DNA of 64,000 nucleotides from Dehalococcoidia bacterium (GTDB lineage: Bacteria; Chloroflexota; Dehalococcoidia; Bin125), in the NCBI GenBank assembly GCA_963555985.3, contig OY820591.1:1376001-1440000 (forward strand). The letters are read 5' to 3'. Within the stretch, counting starts at the first letter, position 1; every line of letters starts with the position of its first letter. The notes beneath the pieces were generated by a model. The model had not been told where the DNA came from, ran no database searches, and saw only the letters and a program-made list of their open reading frames with translations. Both the position numbers and the translations under genes were made by a program. Below, one piece after another: positions 35,241 to 45,628 of this stretch.

Positions 35241-36326
35241 CTATTGTCCCGCGCTTTCCGATTCCGAGCGCAGGCGATCGCCTCGCAGTTGTCCGCAGGC
35301 CGCGGCGATATCCCGGCCTTTCTCAACCCGGATATTCGTCGGGATGCCGGCGGCCAGCAGCGTCTCCTGAAAGCCCAGCGTCGTGCGCCGTGACGGGCGC
35401 TCGCCAATCACGCCGGGAGACGGGTTCAGTGGGATCAGATTGACCTGCGCCCGCATCCCGCGAAGACGCTGAGCCAGACGCCGGGCATGTCCCCGCGAGT
35501 CGTTCATTCCCCGCAGTAAGACGTACTCAAACGTCACGCGTCTGCCAGTGACCTCTGAGTGGTCGCGAGCGGCGCTGATGATCTCGTCCAGCGAAGCGCC
35601 CGGCACAGGAACGAGTTCGCGGCGGAGCTCGGCATCTGGCGAGTGCAGACTGACGGCGAGATTGACCTGCGGGTGATCGGCAGCCAAGCGCCGCATCTGT
35701 TGCGGCAGCCCGACCGTGGAGACGGTGATCCGGCGCGGCGAGAGGACGAAGGCGTCCGGATCGGAGAGCCGCTTGAGCGCGTCGCTGACGATCGCATAGT
35801 TTGCGAGCGGCTCACCCATGCCCATAAACACGGCGTGCGTGAGTTCGCGTCCTTCGGCGCGAGCCCAGTCGCGCGCCAGCATCACTTGGCGGAGGATCTC
35901 GCCGACAGTCAACTGGCGGCGGAAGCCCTGGAGTCCGGTCGCGCAGAAGACGCATCCCATCGCGCATCCCGCTTGACTGGAGATGCAGACGGTGCGGCGT
36001 TCGCGCTGACTGGCGTGCTCGTGCGGCTCGTGCCGAATCAGAACTGTCTCGACTAACTCGCCGTCGTCAAGCGGGAGCAGCGCTTTGGTGGTCGAGCCGT
36101 CTGCGGAAGTCTGGGTGCTGACCGGATCCGCCGGAGGACGAATGCGCTCGGAGAGTTGACGCCGCAAGCTCGCCGGCAGGTTCGACATCCGCTCCGGATC
36201 GAGCACGCCGCGCTGGTACGTCCAGTGCCAGATCTGGCGAGCGCGGTAGGCCGGCTGTCCGCACTCGGCCACCAGCGCGGACAGGTCCTCGCGGTCCAGA
36301 TCGAGTAGGTCAATCGGAGTGGACAT
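35241..36326 (-). CDS. rlmN: 23S rRNA m2A2503 radical SAM methyltransferase
   Basis: CISSQAGCAMGCVFCATG, FMGMGEP, FEYVLL, IAAACGQL. Confidence 0.96.
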   Translation of the reverse strand: MSTPIDLLDLDREDLSALVAECGQPAYRARQIWHWTYQRGVLDPERMSNLPASLRRQLSERIRPPADPVSTQTSADGSTTKALLPLDDGELVETVLIRHEPHEHASQRERRTVCISSQAGCAMGCVFCATGLQGFRRQLTVGEILRQVMLARDWARAEGRELTHAVFMGMGEPLANYAIVSDALKRLSDPDAFVLSPRRITVSTVGLPQQMRRLAADHPQVNLAVSLHSPDAELRRELVPVPGASLDEIISAARDHSEVTGRRVTFEYVLLRGMNDSRGHARRLAQRLRGMRAQVNLIPLNPSPGVIGERPSRRTTLGFQETLLAAGIPTNIRVEKGRDIAAACGQLRGDRLRSESESAGQ

Positions 36327-37257
36327 CAAAGCGCTGATTTCCAAGCTCGCGAGCGCCCCGCGCGAACTCTTCCGCAGTCATTTCCCGCTTGCCCGCGCGC
36401 TGGAGGCGAGTGACGCTCAAGATGCCCTGACCCGTTGCGATCCCGATCGCGCTGTCTACGGCAACGATCCGACCAGGATCGCCGTCGTGGCCGTAGGTGG
36501 CGGTCGCCTGAGTGATCCGGATCGGCTTGCCCTCAAGACTCGCGGTTGCGCCGGGCCAGGGCGTGTAGGCGCGGATGTGGCGTTCGATGTGGTTGGCGGA
36601 TTGACTCCAGTCGATGCGCCCGGCGGACTTCTTCACGCGCCGTGCCCGCGTAGCTAGGGCGTCTTCTTGCGGCTCCGGTGTGATTGCGCCCGCAAGCCAG
36701 TCCGGGATCGTTTCAACAAGCAGCTCTGCACCGAGTGTTGAGAGTCGGTCCATGAGGGCGCCGGCGTCCTCGTGCTCCCCGATCGGCGTGCTGCGCCGGC
36801 TGAGGATTGGGCCGGTGTCTTCGGTTTCGTCCACGAGCATGATCGTCGCGCCGGTTTCGGTGTCTCCGTGCAGGATTGCGGCGGAAACGGGCGCGGCGCC
36901 GCGCCAGCGGGGTAGGAGCGAGGCGTGGACATTGAGGCTGCCATGCCGCGGAAGATCAAGGATCGCCTTCGGAATGATCTGACCGTAGGCGGCAACGATT
37001 TGTAGATCGGGTTGGAGCGCGGCGATCTGGGCGATGGCGGAGCGCCGGCGCAGCCGCTCCGGCTGGATCGCGGGGATGCCGTGCTCTGCTGCGAGTTCTT
37101 TGACTGGCGGCGGCCGTAGCTGGCGGCCACGTCCAGCCGGCCGGTCTGGCTGAGTGACCACGGCGATCGGACGCCAGGGCGTATCGAGCAGCGCTTCGAG
37201 TACAGGAACCGCGAAGTCCGGCGAACCGTAGAAGAGGACGCGGCGGGGCGTGGACAT
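36310..37257 (-). CDS. fmt: Methionyl-tRNA formyltransferase
   Basis: FYGSPDFAVP, VTQPDRPAGRG, NVHASLLPRWRGAAP. Confidence 0.97.
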   Translation of the reverse strand: MSTPRRVLFYGSPDFAVPVLEALLDTPWRPIAVVTQPDRPAGRGRQLRPPPVKELAAEHGIPAIQPERLRRRSAIAQIAALQPDLQIVAAYGQIIPKAILDLPRHGSLNVHASLLPRWRGAAPVSAAILHGDTETGATIMLVDETEDTGPILSRRSTPIGEHEDAGALMDRLSTLGAELLVETIPDWLAGAITPEPQEDALATRARRVKKSAGRIDWSQSANHIERHIRAYTPWPGATASLEGKPIRITQATATYGHDGDPGRIVAVDSAIGIATGQGILSVTRLQRAGKREMTAEEFARGARELGNQRFDVHSD

Positions 37258-37288
37258 GATCCAAGTCTATGGCGGTGGACTTGGCAGA

Positions 37289-37513
37289 TTAGACGCGGAC
37301 GGCGGCGATGCTGAGTCCAACGAAGACGAGCATCAGCACGATCGTCCCGCGAAACAGCGTGCGCTCGATCCCGCGCCGGGTGCGGTAGCTGTCGCCGCCG
37401 ACGCCGCCGAAGATGTTGCCTAGACCTGCGCCCTTCGCCTGAAGAACGACCGCAGCAATCACGGTTAGCGCGATCAGGATTTGGAAGACGTTGAGGATGT
37501 CGGAGGTATCCAC
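37289..37513 (-). CDS. secG: Preprotein translocase subunit SecG
   Basis: VVLQAKGAGLGNIFGG, RTRRGIERTL, two TM helices. Confidence 0.92.
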   Translation of the reverse strand: MDTSDILNVFQILIALTVIAAVVLQAKGAGLGNIFGGVGGDSYRTRRGIERTLFRGTIVLMLVFVGLSIAAVRV

Positions 37514-37522
37514 GAATGCTCG

Positions 37523-38905
37523 CTAGCTGGGAATGACCGCGCGCCCCGCCCGGCGCGGGCGCACGCTGGCTTCGCCGAGTTCATGGTATGCGGTCAGGAT
37601 CGCATCGGCGAGCTTGGCAGAGTCATGTCGGTAACGGTTGCCGGTGTCGACGATGTCAGCCTGAATGAGGTGGACGGATTCGAGATCGGCTGCTCTAGCG
37701 GCGGCTGGATCATGGCGGACCGGCTCCGAGCGCCAGTTGCGCGGCAGACGCGCGCTGGCGTTGTTGTTGGCGACGACGCAATCGAAAGGCACGCCGCCGA
37801 TGTGTTCGGCGATCGTGCTCACGTGATCCTGAACGGAGTAGTGGTCGGTCTCGCCTGGCTGGGTCGCTACGTTGGAGACGTAGACCTTCATCGCGCTCGA
37901 TTCCTGGAACGCGATTCGCAGTTCCGGTACGAGCAAGTTGGGCAGCACGGAGGTATAGAGGCTGCCCGGGCCGACCACGATCAGGTCGGCGTTGCGCAGC
38001 GCGTTGAGCGTGTCGGGATAGGCCGACGGGCGGCGCGGCTCCAACATCAACTGGGTGATTTGTTTGCCTGCGGCGGTGATGTTCGATTCGCCGCGAATGG
38101 TCTCACCGTCAACGGTCATGGCCGCGAGACGCACATCTTCCAAGGTGGCCGGGAGGATGCCGCCGCGCACCGCAAGCACGCGGCCGGTTTCCTGGATCGC
38201 CTGCTCCATCCCGCCGGCGATGTCCGACATCGCCACGATGAACAGGTTGCCGAAGGAGTGTCCGGCTAGACCCTCGCCGGAGTCCTCCGGGAAGCGGTAC
38301 TGGAACAGGCGAGTCATCAGTGGTTCGGCGTCGGCCAAGGCCGCAATGCAGTTGCGCAGATCGCCCGGTGGAATGATGCCGAGATCGCGTCGCAGCCGCC
38401 CCGAGGAGCCGCCGTCGTCAGCGACCGTGACAACGGCGGAGAGGTTGTCGGTGTATTCCTTCAGCCCGCGCAGGAGCACGGAGAGTCCGGTGCCTCCGCC
38501 GATGCAGACGATCCGGATGCCGCGCGATCCGAGTCGGTGACGATGCAGCAGGTCAACGAGCGGTTCGTCAACGTTGTTGCGCCGATATCCGCTGCGTGCG
38601 GCTGCGACCAGGCTGCCGGCGAACTTGCCCACGCCAAAGCCGACGCAGAGTACGGCCAGACCGATCAGGATGCCGCCGCGTGCGGCGTAGGGCAGGAACT
38701 GGAGCGTGATGTAGTAGAACGCGCCCGGCAGCGAAACACTGACATAGAGCTCGCGCAGCAGGAACGAGACACCTAGTCCCAGCAGGCCCATGCCGATGAA
38801 GAGCAGCACGAACCAGCGCTTGACGCCGATACCGGGAACGAACCACTTACGCAGGCTGGAGGGGTCGATCTGGGCGGCGCGGGCGCGGGCGGTGTGGTGC
38901 GGCAT
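37523..38905 (-). CDS. YvcK/UPF0052 UDP-GlcNAc-binding protein with N-terminal membrane segment
   Basis: KWFVPGIGVKRW, IGGGTGLS, VADDGGSSGRLR, GHSFGNL, GPGSLYTS, RHDSAKLA. Confidence 0.93.
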   Translation of the reverse strand: MPHHTARARAAQIDPSSLRKWFVPGIGVKRWFVLLFIGMGLLGLGVSFLLRELYVSVSLPGAFYYITLQFLPYAARGGILIGLAVLCVGFGVGKFAGSLVAAARSGYRRNNVDEPLVDLLHRHRLGSRGIRIVCIGGGTGLSVLLRGLKEYTDNLSAVVTVADDGGSSGRLRRDLGIIPPGDLRNCIAALADAEPLMTRLFQYRFPEDSGEGLAGHSFGNLFIVAMSDIAGGMEQAIQETGRVLAVRGGILPATLEDVRLAAMTVDGETIRGESNITAAGKQITQLMLEPRRPSAYPDTLNALRNADLIVVGPGSLYTSVLPNLLVPELRIAFQESSAMKVYVSNVATQPGETDHYSVQDHVSTIAEHIGGVPFDCVVANNNASARLPRNWRSEPVRHDPAAARAADLESVHLIQADIVDTGNRYRHDSAKLADAILTAYHELGEASVRPRRAGRAVIPS

Positions 38906-39029
38906 TTGCAGCCACTATATGCAGCGCGCAGCGCAGGAGGTAGGGTATGCGCCAGCGAATTGGACATTCGGCGCGGACGCCGCGCCGCTCACCGGCTCCC
39001 TGGAGCCGGCTGGAACAGACGGAGTGATC

Positions 39030-40061
39030 ATGGAACAGCGACGATTCGGCGACAGCGACCTGGTGACCTCGGCGGTCGGCTTTGGCACCTGGGAGATGAG
39101 CACGACGATGTACGGCCACATCGACGTGGACGAGGCGGCCAAGGCCGTGAACATGGCGATCGACCGCGGGATCACCCTGTTCGACACGGCTGAGGTCTAC
39201 GGTCCCTACCACTCGGAGGAACTGCTGGCCAAGGCGCTCGGCAATCGGCGCAACGAGGTTGTCCTGGTGACCAAGGTCGGCTTCGACTACGACGATCAGC
39301 CGCAAGTAATCGGCCTGAACTCGAAGCGAGAGAACGTCATTGAGCACACCGAGGGTTGCCTGCGCCGGCTCAACACCGACTACGTGGACCTGATGCTGAT
39401 CCACTGGCCCGACCATGACACGCCAATCGATGAGACGATGGAAGCGCTGGAGGAGCTCAAGCAGGCCGGCAAGATCCGCCACTATGGGGTCTCCAACTTC
39501 AACATCGACATGATGGAGGAGTGCCAACGCCACGGAACGATCGTCGCCAACCAGGTCGGCTACCACATGTTCGACCGGCGGATGGAGTCGCGCGTACTGC
39601 CCTGGTGCATGGCCAACGGGGTCGGCTTCATGTCCTACGGCTCGCTCGCCTTCGGCCTGCTCACCGCCGCATTTGGGCCCGACCACGAGTTTGGAGAGGG
39701 CGACTGGCGCAGCAACGGCGTGGCGTTCAATCTGCCCCTGTTCGAGCGTGAGCGCTTCCGGCAAGAGGTCGAGATCGCCAACCGATTGGCGGAACTGGCC
39801 GACGGCTACGGCAAGACCTGCGCCCAACTCGGCATCGCCTGGGTGCTCGACCACCCCGGCGTCACCTGCGCCTTGGTCGGAATGCGCAACGAACGAGAAC
39901 TCGAAGAGAACGTCGCCGCGACCGACTGGAAGCTGACCGAGGAAATCCGCAGCGGAATCAACCAGATCTTCGCCGAGGTCGGCGTACCCACCTACCAGAA
40001 CCTCGATCAAGTCGTCCACGTCGCGCGAGCAACAGGCGCGCGCCGGAACCTCCGCGACTAA
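39030..40061 (+). CDS. Aldo/keto reductase, copy 1
   Basis: GFGTW, FDTAEVYG, TKVG, IHWPD, GVSNF; SD GGAG before ATG 39030. Confidence 0.95.
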   Translation: MEQRRFGDSDLVTSAVGFGTWEMSTTMYGHIDVDEAAKAVNMAIDRGITLFDTAEVYGPYHSEELLAKALGNRRNEVVLVTKVGFDYDDQPQVIGLNSKRENVIEHTEGCLRRLNTDYVDLMLIHWPDHDTPIDETMEALEELKQAGKIRHYGVSNFNIDMMEECQRHGTIVANQVGYHMFDRRMESRVLPWCMANGVGFMSYGSLAFGLLTAAFGPDHEFGEGDWRSNGVAFNLPLFERERFRQEVEIANRLAELADGYGKTCAQLGIAWVLDHPGVTCALVGMRNERELEENVAATDWKLTEEIRSGINQIFAEVGVPTYQNLDQVVHVARATGARRNLRD

Positions 40062-40091
40062 AGCTCCCTCCCACTCACCTTCCTCGCTCCC

Positions 40092-40136
40092 CCCGGCCCC
40101 CTCTCCCTCTGGGAGAGGGTTAGGGTGAGGGCCGGG
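40092..40136. repeat. REP-like nested hairpin, family C
   Basis: CCCGGCCCCCTCTCCCTCTGGGAGAGGGTTAGGGTGAGGGCCGGG: inner CCCTCTCCC/GGGAGAGGG stem and outer CCCGGCCC/GGGCCGGG stem. Confidence 0.7.
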
Positions 40137-40183
40137 AAGCAGGCAGAGCGCGGCTGCCAGCAGAGAAAAGAAAGCGGCCAGTC

Positions 40184-41203
40184 ATGGAACAGCGACGCTT
40201 CGGCAACACTGACCTGGTGGCCTCGTCCGTGGGCTTCGGCACTTGGGAGATGAGCACCACGATGTACGGCCACATCGACGTCGATGAGGCGTCGAAGGCC
40301 GTGAACATGGCGATCGACCGCGGCATCACGCTGTTCGACACCGCCGAAGGCTACGGGCCCTACCTCTCCGAGGAACTACTCGCTAAAGCTCTCGGAAACA
40401 GACGCCAGGAGATTGTCCTGGTGACCAAGGTCGGCTTCGACTACGACGACACGCCGACCATGACCGGCCTGAACTCGAGTCGCAACCACATCATCACCCG
40501 AACCGAGGGCTGCCTTCGCCGTCTGAACACGGACTACCTGGACCTGTTGCTGATCCACTGGCCCGACTTCGATACGCCCATTGAGGAGACAATGGAGGGG
40601 CTCGAGGAACTCAAGCAGAGCGGCAAGATCCGCCACTACGGAGTCTCCAACTTCGACATCGACATGATGCAGGAATGCGAGCAGTACGGGCACCTTGCCG
40701 CAAACCAGGTCGGCTATCACATGTTCGACCGGCGCATGGAGTCGCGCGTGCTGCCCTGGTGCATGGCCAACGGGGTCGGCTTCATGTCCTATGGCTCGCT
40801 CGCGTTCGGCCTGCTCACCGGTGCCTTCAAGCCGGACCACGAGTTTGAAGAAGGCGACTGGCGGCGCAACCCGCTCGCCTTCAATCTGCCGCTGTTCGAG
40901 CGGGAGCATTTCCAGCGGGAGGTCGCCGTCTGCGGCCGTCTGGCGGAGCTAGCCGACGGCTACGGCAAGACGGTTGCTCAGCTCGCCCTCGCCTGGGTGC
41001 TGGATCATCCCGGCGTTTCCTGCGCCCTGGTCGGGATGAGGAACGAGCGAGAGCTTGAGGAGAACGTCGCCGCGACCGACTGGAAGCTGACCGAGGAGAT
41101 CCGCAGCGAAATCAACGCCGTGTTCGACGAGGTCGGAGTGCCCACCTATCAGAACACGCCGCAGATCGTCCACAACCCCAGAGTGGCGGCGCTTCGGCGT
41201 TAG
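40184..41203 (+). CDS. Aldo/keto reductase, copy 2 (tandem paralog)
   Basis: Same motifs; 80 of the first 89 residues identical to copy 1. Confidence 0.95.
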   Translation: MEQRRFGNTDLVASSVGFGTWEMSTTMYGHIDVDEASKAVNMAIDRGITLFDTAEGYGPYLSEELLAKALGNRRQEIVLVTKVGFDYDDTPTMTGLNSSRNHIITRTEGCLRRLNTDYLDLLLIHWPDFDTPIEETMEGLEELKQSGKIRHYGVSNFDIDMMQECEQYGHLAANQVGYHMFDRRMESRVLPWCMANGVGFMSYGSLAFGLLTGAFKPDHEFEEGDWRRNPLAFNLPLFEREHFQREVAVCGRLAELADGYGKTVAQLALAWVLDHPGVSCALVGMRNERELEENVAATDWKLTEEIRSEINAVFDEVGVPTYQNTPQIVHNPRVAALRR

Positions 41204-41212
41204 TCGAAGGAA

Positions 41213-44074
41213 CTACCGATCATCACCCGAGCGCTCTCGATTGAGGGCGAGCAGGCGGCCCAAAATTTCGTCGTCCGAAAGATCGATCGGCCACCCATAA
41301 GCCGCGAACACCGCCGCGTCCAATGCCTCGTGCGCACCGTCGAGCCAGTCCGGCCGGCGATTGTACAAGTCGGTCATCGTCCGGTCTTGCAGGATCACCG
41401 GGTTGACATTCGCCGGGTTGAGTCGATCTTCGCGGCGTCGATTCAACTCGACCGCAGCCCTCGAGATTGCCACATAATGCTGTTGCTGCTCGTGGCTGAG
41501 GTCCGTGTCGGCCATATTCAGCGGCCACGGAAATGGAAACGTGTTGAAGCACAGGGTGTGGTTGTACCGCGGATCATTGCCAACGCCCAGTCGAGAGCCT
41601 AACGCCAGCGCCCACGTCTCATGGATGCGTGAGTGAAGGACTCCGAACACATAGTCGTCTTCTTTCGCGATTCCCACAACAGATTTGTCGATGCGGACCT
41701 GACCCTCCAACCAGACGAAGTTTCTGTACTTCGAGGTCAGGGATGTGGCCAACCAACGGCTTAGTGGCCTAGTTGCTTCTGTTAGCCCCTTGGCTGTCGA
41801 CTCGTGTCTCCACCAATCTTCGCGTAGTCGCTTGGTTGGGTGACGCTCGCGAGTCGGAAGGACATGCTCCTTCACGTACTCGTATGGAGAATCGTAAAGC
41901 GCTGCCTCCTGCCTCGATAAATCGCTCCCGAAGTCAATGATGTGGCGTCCACTAGAGCGGCCCGTTAGATCAGCCCCCGCGAAGAAAGGGAACACAACGT
42001 CGCTGTTCGGGCGTCCATTGGGGTTCCCAGGCTCGTCCAGCATCAACTGTGCTTCTGCAAATGGCACATCGAATCTGCCGGTCCGCTGACCACCGACGAA
42101 CGCGACTCCGCTGTTTTCGGTCAGTGGCACTGCGTCAACGACTCGTGGCCCCGATGACAGATCGGAGTGAATCTGAGTGACGCTTCGGCCATTCAGACGA
42201 CGGTCGGTCTCACTGCCATCGTCCTGCCCGATGATCGAAATGCGCACTGCTGCACCGTCATTGAGCCACTCTTCGTTTGGGTATGCAAAGAATATTGCCC
42301 CAGTGTCAGCGATTCTCTCGAGTACCGGACGGCTATATGACCTCCGGATTGTCTCGGTTGCCAGAAGCCCTGCCCGTTTGCTTCTACCGAGCTCAATCTG
42401 ACGCCGAGCCATCTCATGCCAGTAGACGCACAGATCAACGCGCCCATCAAATATATCGGCGTACGCAGCCCGCATTCGATCGACGGATCGTGGTTCGAGA
42501 GCCTTCATTTCCTTCGAACCGAGAAACGGCGGATTGCCGACGATGAATTCCGCCGGAGGCCATTCGGCTGGTTGACCCTCTTTAGTCAAGATCGCGTCGC
42601 GACATTCGATCTGGTCAATACGACCGAGAATCGGTTCGCGTGTAGGGTCCAATCCGTGTTCGTGATTCCACTGGAGGTGGCCAATCCAGAGCGACATCCG
42701 CGTGAGGTCGACAGCGAACTCGTTCTTGTCGATGCCGAGCAGGTTGTGCGGACCGATCCGTCGTTGCCGCGGACTGGGATCGACAGTGACTGCCCAATCG
42801 ATAAATTCCTGTTCGAGGTCCTTGAGCGCACGTAGAGCGATGTAGAGGAAGTTGCCGGAGCCGCAAGCAGGATCGAGGACGTGAACTTGGCTCAGACGCT
42901 CGTGAAATGCGCGGATCAGAGCCTTGGGTGAGCCGGGTGGAGGCTCATCCTCAAGATCGAGATGTCCGTTCACCGCGTAGTCCGCTGGCGGCTCGCCCAC
43001 GGCCGAATCGCTGGTCAGGTTCGCCCTGAGAGTAGCGAACTCAGTCCTCAGCGGGTGGAGTACCACCGGGTCCAGCACGCGCATGATGTTGTCCGGATCG
43101 GTGTAGTACGCGCCAAGTGGGGTGCGACTCTCGGGATCAAGTCCACGCTCGAACAACGTGCCGAAGATCGCCGGATCGATCCGCGACCAATTCAGTTCCG
43201 ACGTCTCCAACAGGATTTGCGCCAGGTCTTCGGTCAGCGGGAGCGTCTCCTGACTGGCCGTTGACTCGTCGAATAATCCGCCGTTGAACCAACGGATGTA
43301 ATACGCCCCAAAGGTTCGTTTGCTCTCGCTAGACATCGCTTGGAAGAGCTGCCGGAAGACCTCGTCGGAATCTTCCGCTGAGTACGCGAGGTTGTCGAAG
43401 ATGTCGCTGATCGGCTCCTGCCTGTTGCCTCGCCGGTTGCGGAACAGGCCGATGCTCTCGGCGAACATGCAAAAGACGATGCGGTTGAGGAATCTGGCAA
43501 CTACGGCTGAGTCGTGGTCTTCGGCGCGCAAGGCCTCTGCGACTTCGCCGAACTTGGCTGCCGCCGTCTCGGTGATGTAGCGCGGGTCGTTGTTAGGGTG
43601 CAACGCGTCGGGATCGCGGAAGACGTCGCGCAGAATTTTCGTGTAGTGAGACGGATTCTTCGACAGGTCCTTGAGTTCAAACCGAATCACTCGCGGGTCG
43701 GTGTTGGTGAAATTCGTGTGTATCTCGAAGCGATTCATGTCACAGACGACGAGCAGCGGAGGATTGCCTAGCCCCTCGCGGTATCCGAGCAGTTGCTCAT
43801 AGGCAGCTGTCAGGTTCTTGTTCTTGCCCTTGTACTCCCAGCCAAAACAACCTTGTTTGCGCACATCAGCCTGGCCTATCGACCCATCGGACCGCTTAAC
43901 GCCTTTCTCGAAGGCGTAGCTGACGCCCTCGGGGTCAGCATCGATCGGGTTTTCGACACCGAGCATGGCGCACAGGTCGATGAAGTGGGATTGCGCCGCC
44001 TGTGTTTCGCTGGCGGAGACCTTTCGCCATTTGGCGACGAATTCGTCCACTCTGAGTGTTGCTTCGGGCACCAT
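41213..44074 (-). CDS. MmeI-like type IIL/IIG restriction-modification fusion (nuclease + N6-adenine MTase + TRD)
   Basis: N-terminal E...ADV....FGWEYK PD-(D/E)xK-like motif, IFGTLFE, GAYYT, LDPACGSGNFL (motif I), IVGNPPF (motif IV), MmeI-like C-terminus RY....F.TFPFP ...AHEALDAAVFAAYGW. Confidence 0.9.
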   Translation of the reverse strand: MVPEATLRVDEFVAKWRKVSASETQAAQSHFIDLCAMLGVENPIDADPEGVSYAFEKGVKRSDGSIGQADVRKQGCFGWEYKGKNKNLTAAYEQLLGYREGLGNPPLLVVCDMNRFEIHTNFTNTDPRVIRFELKDLSKNPSHYTKILRDVFRDPDALHPNNDPRYITETAAAKFGEVAEALRAEDHDSAVVARFLNRIVFCMFAESIGLFRNRRGNRQEPISDIFDNLAYSAEDSDEVFRQLFQAMSSESKRTFGAYYIRWFNGGLFDESTASQETLPLTEDLAQILLETSELNWSRIDPAIFGTLFERGLDPESRTPLGAYYTDPDNIMRVLDPVVLHPLRTEFATLRANLTSDSAVGEPPADYAVNGHLDLEDEPPPGSPKALIRAFHERLSQVHVLDPACGSGNFLYIALRALKDLEQEFIDWAVTVDPSPRQRRIGPHNLLGIDKNEFAVDLTRMSLWIGHLQWNHEHGLDPTREPILGRIDQIECRDAILTKEGQPAEWPPAEFIVGNPPFLGSKEMKALEPRSVDRMRAAYADIFDGRVDLCVYWHEMARRQIELGRSKRAGLLATETIRRSYSRPVLERIADTGAIFFAYPNEEWLNDGAAVRISIIGQDDGSETDRRLNGRSVTQIHSDLSSGPRVVDAVPLTENSGVAFVGGQRTGRFDVPFAEAQLMLDEPGNPNGRPNSDVVFPFFAGADLTGRSSGRHIIDFGSDLSRQEAALYDSPYEYVKEHVLPTRERHPTKRLREDWWRHESTAKGLTEATRPLSRWLATSLTSKYRNFVWLEGQVRIDKSVVGIAKEDDYVFGVLHSRIHETWALALGSRLGVGNDPRYNHTLCFNTFPFPWPLNMADTDLSHEQQQHYVAISRAAVELNRRREDRLNPANVNPVILQDRTMTDLYNRRPDWLDGAHEALDAAVFAAYGWPIDLSDDEILGRLLALNRERSGDDR

Positions 44075-44080
44075 GATGCT

Positions 44081-45568
44081 TCACTCCGACAGCGCCGACT
44101 CCAACAACTCCGACGCCTGCTTCGGGTTCGCCTGACCCCGACTGTGGCGCATCACCTGACCAACCAAGAACTTCAGCGCCGCCGCCTTCCCGTTCCGGTA
44201 GTCCTCCACCGCGCCCTGATTCTCGGCCAGCACCTGCTCGATGATCGGCGTCAGCGCGTCCTCCCCGCTGATCTGCGACAGACCCTCGGCCTTCACGATC
44301 TTGGCTGGATCGTCTCCGCTTTCATACATCTTCTCAAAGACGGTCTTGGCCTGGGTCTTGCTGATGTCGCCCCGCTCGATCAGCTGCACCATCGCCGCCA
44401 GTTGCTTCGGTTTGACCTTGATCTCCTCAAAGCTCTGGTGCTGATTGGGGCGGTTCATCAGCCGCGTCAGTTCACCCACCATCCAGTTGGCGACCTCTTT
44501 CGGCAGGTGCGCGGGCATCGCCTCGCCCAGCGCCGCGACCGTTGCCTCGTACCAGCTGGCCGGCGTTGGCTCTTCGGTCAGCAGCCCACTCTCGAACGGC
44601 GTCAGACCGTAGTCGCGCTCGAAGCGGGCGCGGCGCTCCGCCGGCAGCTCCGGCAAGCCTGCGCGGATTGCTTCGACCGTCTCGCTGCTGGTCTGGAGCG
44701 GCGGCAGGTCCGGCTCGGGGAAGTAGCGATAGTCGTGCGCCTCTTCCTTGGAGCGCTGCGAGAGCGTGACTTCGTTCGCCTCGTCCCAGCCGCGCGTTTC
44801 TTGCGGGATCGCGCCGCCGCTGTTGAGCACTTCGGTCTGGCGCGCGATCTCGTGATGCAGCGCGTTGTAGACGCCCCGGAACGAGTTCATGTTCTTGATC
44901 TCGACCTTGGCCCCGAACTCCTCCTGTCCGACCGGACGCAGCGAGATGTTCGCGTCGCAGCGGAACGAACCCTTCTCCATATCGGCGGTCGAGACGCCGA
45001 GGTAGCGCAGAATCTGGCGCAGCTGCACGAGGTAGGTGCGCGCCTCTTCGGGCGAGCGCATGTCCGGCTCGGAGACGATCTCCATCAGCGGCACGCCGGA
45101 GCGGTTGACGTCGACGAGCGAGAAGCGCTCGCCCGCCTCGCTCTCGCGGTGCAGCAGACGGGCGGTGTCCTCCTCCAGGTGAACGCGCGTGATCCCGATC
45201 CGCCGTTGTCCCAGCTCCTCGGTCTCCACATCCATCCAACCGCCTTCCGAGAGCGGCATGTCGTACTGCGAGATCTGGTAGCCCTTCATCAGGTCGGGAT
45301 AGGGATAGTTCTTGCGGTCAAACTTCGACAGTTCCGGGATCGTCATGTTGAGCGCGAGCGCGGTGCGGATCGTCCACTCCACGGCGGTGCGGTTGATCAC
45401 GGGCAGCGTGCCCGGCATCCCCAGACAGAGCGGACAGACGTAGGTGTTGGGTTCGGCGTCGGCGTAATCGGCTGGGCAGCGGCAAAACATTTTGCTCGCC
45501 GTGCGCAACTGGCAGTGGACTTCGAGTCCAATCACGGGTTCGTAGGCGGTAGCGGTGGAGGTGGTCAT
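44081..45568 (-). CDS. gatB: Asp/Glu-tRNA amidotransferase subunit B
   Basis: [47 protein letters not shown]. Confidence 0.98.
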   Translation of the reverse strand: MTTSTATAYEPVIGLEVHCQLRTASKMFCRCPADYADAEPNTYVCPLCLGMPGTLPVINRTAVEWTIRTALALNMTIPELSKFDRKNYPYPDLMKGYQISQYDMPLSEGGWMDVETEELGQRRIGITRVHLEEDTARLLHRESEAGERFSLVDVNRSGVPLMEIVSEPDMRSPEEARTYLVQLRQILRYLGVSTADMEKGSFRCDANISLRPVGQEEFGAKVEIKNMNSFRGVYNALHHEIARQTEVLNSGGAIPQETRGWDEANEVTLSQRSKEEAHDYRYFPEPDLPPLQTSSETVEAIRAGLPELPAERRARFERDYGLTPFESGLLTEEPTPASWYEATVAALGEAMPAHLPKEVANWMVGELTRLMNRPNQHQSFEEIKVKPKQLAAMVQLIERGDISKTQAKTVFEKMYESGDDPAKIVKAEGLSQISGEDALTPIIEQVLAENQGAVEDYRNGKAAALKFLVGQVMRHSRGQANPKQASELLESALSE

Positions 45569-45628
45569 GGAGTCAGTTTAGGCGCTGCGCGCATCGGCAA
45601 CGGTCTCCTCCACTCCGCAAAGCGCTCG

